From the NCBI GenBank assembly GCA_047495785.1, contig JBLDXI010000001.1, positions 4,402,001 to 4,466,000 of the forward strand: a DNA stretch of 64,000 nucleotides, given 5' to 3'. A program made the translations under genes and the position numbers. The DNA comes from Lepidodermella squamata (lineage: Eukaryota > Animalia > Gastrotricha). Of this stretch, positions 60,232 to 64,000 are shown one piece after another; positions within the stretch are counted from its first letter, which is position 1, and each line of letters begins with the position of its first letter. The notes under the pieces are model-generated. The model did no database searches. It saw only the letters and a list, made by a program, of their open reading frames with translations, and was not told where the DNA came from.

Positions 60232-63200
60232 ATGGTGTTTATGACATTGACTTATCTAGCGTTGAACATCGGTTCAATGGCAACTACTATGACAGTGAAA
60301 GAATTTCGACCCAAAGTTAACGAATCATTTTACATTTCGAATTCAACAATGGAAGAAGCGATGCCAACGTACGTGGCTTCGTCCACTTTTTTCGATAGCG
60401 CGTCCGATGACAAAGTTGTCTTAACAATAGCGGCATTTGTGTGTTACGATTTCAGCGGATCAGTCACGATGGGTTCATCTTCAACGCGATCCATTCAATT
60501 GGCCCTGGATCGGCTCCAGCTGGCTGCGAACTTCACGCAGAAGTACGAAATCGTATTTGAGATGATTAATGATGAGGTATGCCGGATTGATGAAACTCGT
60601 TCCACTTATAAACCTATAACGTTGACCTTTGATAAAAAAATCTAATTTTCCATCGCAGTTATTTGTATCAAGCAAATTAGGGGATTTCGTTTTGACAGCA
60701 GAAACAACATTTTCCCTACTGATAATTGTATTGTTCCTGCCCTCAGCAATGGTAAAATTTTCAAGCTTTCGTATGAAGTTTCTCAAAAAGCCTTTATTGG
60801 AGCCGTTAGTACTGGTCCAAAAAGAAAGCTACTGGAAGTTGGCAGTCCATATTCTGGCTGCCCAAACTTAAACCTAACCCCAACCCAAACCCTAAAGCTA
60901 AACCTAAAAAATGCCTAGCCGCCTCAGAAACCGCTGCACGGGTATCCCATTGTGCTCCTCTTTTCCCAGTCTCGTCTGATTTTTCACCTTCAGGCGCGTG
61001 CGTCGATGTGAATTTTTCACTTGAAGAGCTTGATCAGATGTGACCAATTAATTCATTGTTATGATATCACAGGAAGCTGGCCGAGTTCAATTTCCCGCGA
61101 TTTTTCAACGACTTTCCAGGGGTGAAGAATCTATTACACGGCTACCTATCATAATGCTCTCGCCATGCCTGGAACTGGGGCAGAAAGTATTATCTTTGGC
61201 TGCCAAACCCCTTGGTTTGATAACGGTAATTCTTAAGGTCGACTATAGTGGCAATTCATGAAAACTTGTATTTAGATTCTATCCTACTCACTTAATTATG
61301 AGATAACAGTCAATGCCGATATTTACTCTTCAACATACCCTCTCTCGGGCAACATAATTGGCCTTTTCCCGGCATTCGTCGATTTGGTAACTCACCTAAA
61401 ATGGAGAAAATTAGCTGTAGTGAGTCATGCTGCTTATTTTTACTTTTTAAAACGACTTCACGCCGAGATGGAGGCTAAAAATGTGGAATTACTAGCCGTC
61501 GGAGAGATGTTGACCTACGGCGACTTGGATGAAGTTGACCAAGCTGTGGAAATCATAAAATCGAGTGGTGCAAGGGTGATTTTGTTCCTCGCAGATGACG
61601 TCGGCCAAATTTTGTGCAGCTTTTTCCAAAAAGGATTGGAAGCGAATTACGCTTTCATCATTTCAAATGTATATGAAATGGAAATGCACCCCGAAAACTG
61701 CAATATCATTCCGTACAGCTTGACGTGCAGTTGCGAAGATTTAGCTAAGATGGTTCGTTATGTTTTCTACATCGGAGACGGGGTTATGGCGGATCTAGAT
61801 GTGAATTCACAAGATTCGACTGGTCTAACCTACGAGGGCTATATGGCTGGACTAGCTGCACGAATATCCGATCTCACCTATCCTCAGATGTTCTCTCAAA
61901 ACATATACGACCAGACGCTTTTCATAGGCACCTGGTTAGATTTCGCAGCGAGTCTTGTAGAAAAGCGTAAAAATGAGAGCCTCCAGGACTGGACGCTCGA
62001 TAACTACAATCCACAACTTTTCAAGGGGATAATGGACAACGCGCTTTACTCTATGCCTATGGTAAAAGGGCAACTTGGTTGGTATCAATTCAGCCCGGAA
62101 ACACGTCGCGGCACTCTAAGCTACGCACCGATCGTTTGCAAGCAGCTTCAAAAGGCGGAAAGTAGCGAAACTTACGAGCTGAAAACCGTGGCAATTTTCG
62201 ATGCATATCGAAATAAGCCGCCGATAATTCATACTGAAAATGCACGATGGTACACTAAAACTGGCAAACCCTTCGCTGATTCATTTTCCTACGCGAACTT
62301 AGTTACACCACTCGTCTCGCCATCTATCTATGCCGGTCTTGCAGGTATATTTGATTTCACATATGCATAGCTTCAATTTTTGCGTTCTTTTTAGTGGTTT
62401 GCTCCCTTGGAATAGTGGTTACTCTGGTGCTTATGCTTCCGCCCAGGCCACTCCTATCGCTATTGATGCCTAAAGATGCTGACCCAAGTGTGAATCCGTA
62501 TGAAATGATCGCCCAAAACCGCTCTCCCCTGATCGGAACCTTCTTTCTTTTCATTCAAAGCTTTGTTTTACCCATGTCGAATAGTTTTCAGCCCCTTGAA
62601 ACATGTCAAGCTTTTGGCACTCTTGTATTCGCCGGCCTTTGTTCCCTTATGGCCGGCAATTACGTTAAACTTCGCTCAACACTGTTAAATGCTCGAGGTA
62701 GCAGGCTGAAACTAGTCCGAGAACACCAATATAAGCCGATTGTCGGGGTTTTCATATGGATAGCCGCAAATGCTCCCCTTCTCGGTGGCCTCCTGCCTAT
62801 GGTGGATTTTGCTGAAATTGTAACAGGGCAGCACGCTTCAGATTTCGACCCTGATCTCATTTATCTGGAGACCAAATTTTATTGCCGACTGAACCTATCT
62901 GATTCATCGGCGATCCTCTCATTTTTTGAGCTTTGTCTGCTGCAAGCTTTGGCTGGAATCCTAACTGTAAGGCTGGTTCAAGAAGTTTTTCGGGTAAGTT
63001 TGACGTTTGATGTTTCTTTTATAGCATGACCTATCCCTCTTTTAATATTTCTGCATTCTGCCGAAAGGCTGTGAAAAAGTTAGAGCGAACTCAGCGTTAC
63101 TCAATGACTGGCACAGTGATATATTGCGAAATCACAGCCCTTCTAGCTGGGTCTATGCTTGTCGCTGTTGTTCAGAATACCAACGCCCATCATATGATGC

Positions 63201-63439
63201 TAACGGTGTCTGGTGTTTGCTTAGCCGTCGGATGGATATCTATTGCTGTCACTGTTTTCGAGTTTCGAGTTCGAACGGCGAAGGATGCTGCTGAATTTAA
63301 ATCTCAGATGTGTAAGGACCGCCAGTCGATGACACTGCGACCGCTTGCTGGCCAGGATTCGACTGTTACCGGAACAGTCGACGGGCATCACATGACAAAT
63401 GTCACTTTGAGAATCGTTTCTTCTGCAGCTACTGAATGA
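60232..63439 (+). CDS. Divergent class C GPCR, GABA-B-receptor-like (Venus-flytrap domain + 7TM, no Cys-rich domain), ~845 aa
   Basis: Exons 60232-60576, 61073-61225, 61276-62344, 62395-62993, 63068-63439 join in frame (2538 nt). ANF-receptor-like segments SIQLALDRL, IIMLSPC...AAKPLGLITILSY, LVTHLKWRKLAVV, IKSSGARVILF; seven hydrophobic segments with TM3 'TCQ...AGLCSLMAGNYVKLR' and ECL2 'FYC'. The start codon and the exon 1/2 junction are uncertain. Confidence 0.8.
60840..60910. repeat. Small hairpin plus degenerate (CCTAA/CCCTAA)n tract in GPCR intron 1
   Basis: GGCAGTCCATATTCTGGCTGCC followed by AAACTTAAACCTAACCCCAACCCAAACCCTAAAGCTAAACCTAA. Confidence 0.55.
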
Positions 63440-64000
63440 AGCTGAACAGCTATTAAATTCTTAGGAAAAATGAGGATTTTGCATGTTGTGTTTGGTATTT
63501 CGATTCTTATCATCAATCATCAATGGAAAAGATCTTTATCTATTTATTCACGCTGTCGGTCTGTTTGAAATATCGGTCATTGGAGTCCATAAAGTTAATG
63601 AATGTTTCGTCATTTCAATCTTGAAGTAAATCAATGTGCAGTAATTTAGAATATAAAGCATCAACAACTAAGTAACCTGAGTAATTGTGACTTTTTCCTC
63701 AGAATTGTTCTTTCGTTTCTTGGAAATGGATATGCAGAAAACGAAACGCAGAATTCAAATCATTTGGACAACAAATTAAGTAGTAAGCCTGTTTGGCTTG
63801 TCCGAAGATACCTACCTCTGGTGGTATCCGAATTGCAAAGTTTGCAAGTATCCAAATACAAAAATGCAAAGTTGACGACTCTAGCCCGAGGCTCTGCGTG
63901 AATATTGTGACTATCGATATATACCTCCGGTAAATATACCACGCCAGGTAACGAGAACGAGTCCTTTGACTACCGTTGCTATGATATGGCGTGGGTTCTA

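Noticed and set aside
63698-64000. Open minus-strand frame running off the window end
   Set aside because: Possibly the last exon of a neighbouring gene, but there is no start, homology or clear splice support within the window.

Overview
Eukaryotic, intron-containing DNA (standard code, GT-AG introns, AT-rich introns and GC-rich exons). It most likely comes from an invertebrate animal with motile cilia; the species cannot be determined from this window. Hand-spliced gene models, all with open reading frames: (i) four SLC4 bicarbonate-transporter genes on the minus strand, one NDCBE/NBCn-like copy at 3228-15203 and a tandem trio of divergent paralogues at 38830-54013; (ii) a complete 14-exon SPAG17/PF6 gene (17664-29187); (iii) a FAM228-like gene (34559-37491); (iv) an orphan, largely disordered protein (56573-59534); (v) a divergent GABA-B-like class C GPCR (60232-63439). 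Interspersed with these, and partly nested in their introns, is a set of small secreted-protein genes. Four encode single PAN/apple-like 6-Cys proteins: two antisense inside an SLC4 intron, one sense inside a SPAG17 intron and one intergenic. Three of the four share a conserved promoter, signal exon and 3'UTR but have strongly diverged mature domains. A fifth, intronless gene encodes a secreted coiled-coil/Gly-Ala hairpin protein with an alpha-pore-forming-toxin-like layout. Together these are the best candidate for an undescribed system, a fast-evolving secreted effector battery; this functional reading is inference. The window also holds a decayed, permuted Ty1/Copia element, many MITEs (one nested in another, one carrying twin tRNA-like Pol III promoter units), a dispersed intronic repeat family and RFX X-box-like motifs at three genes. 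No database searches were run.
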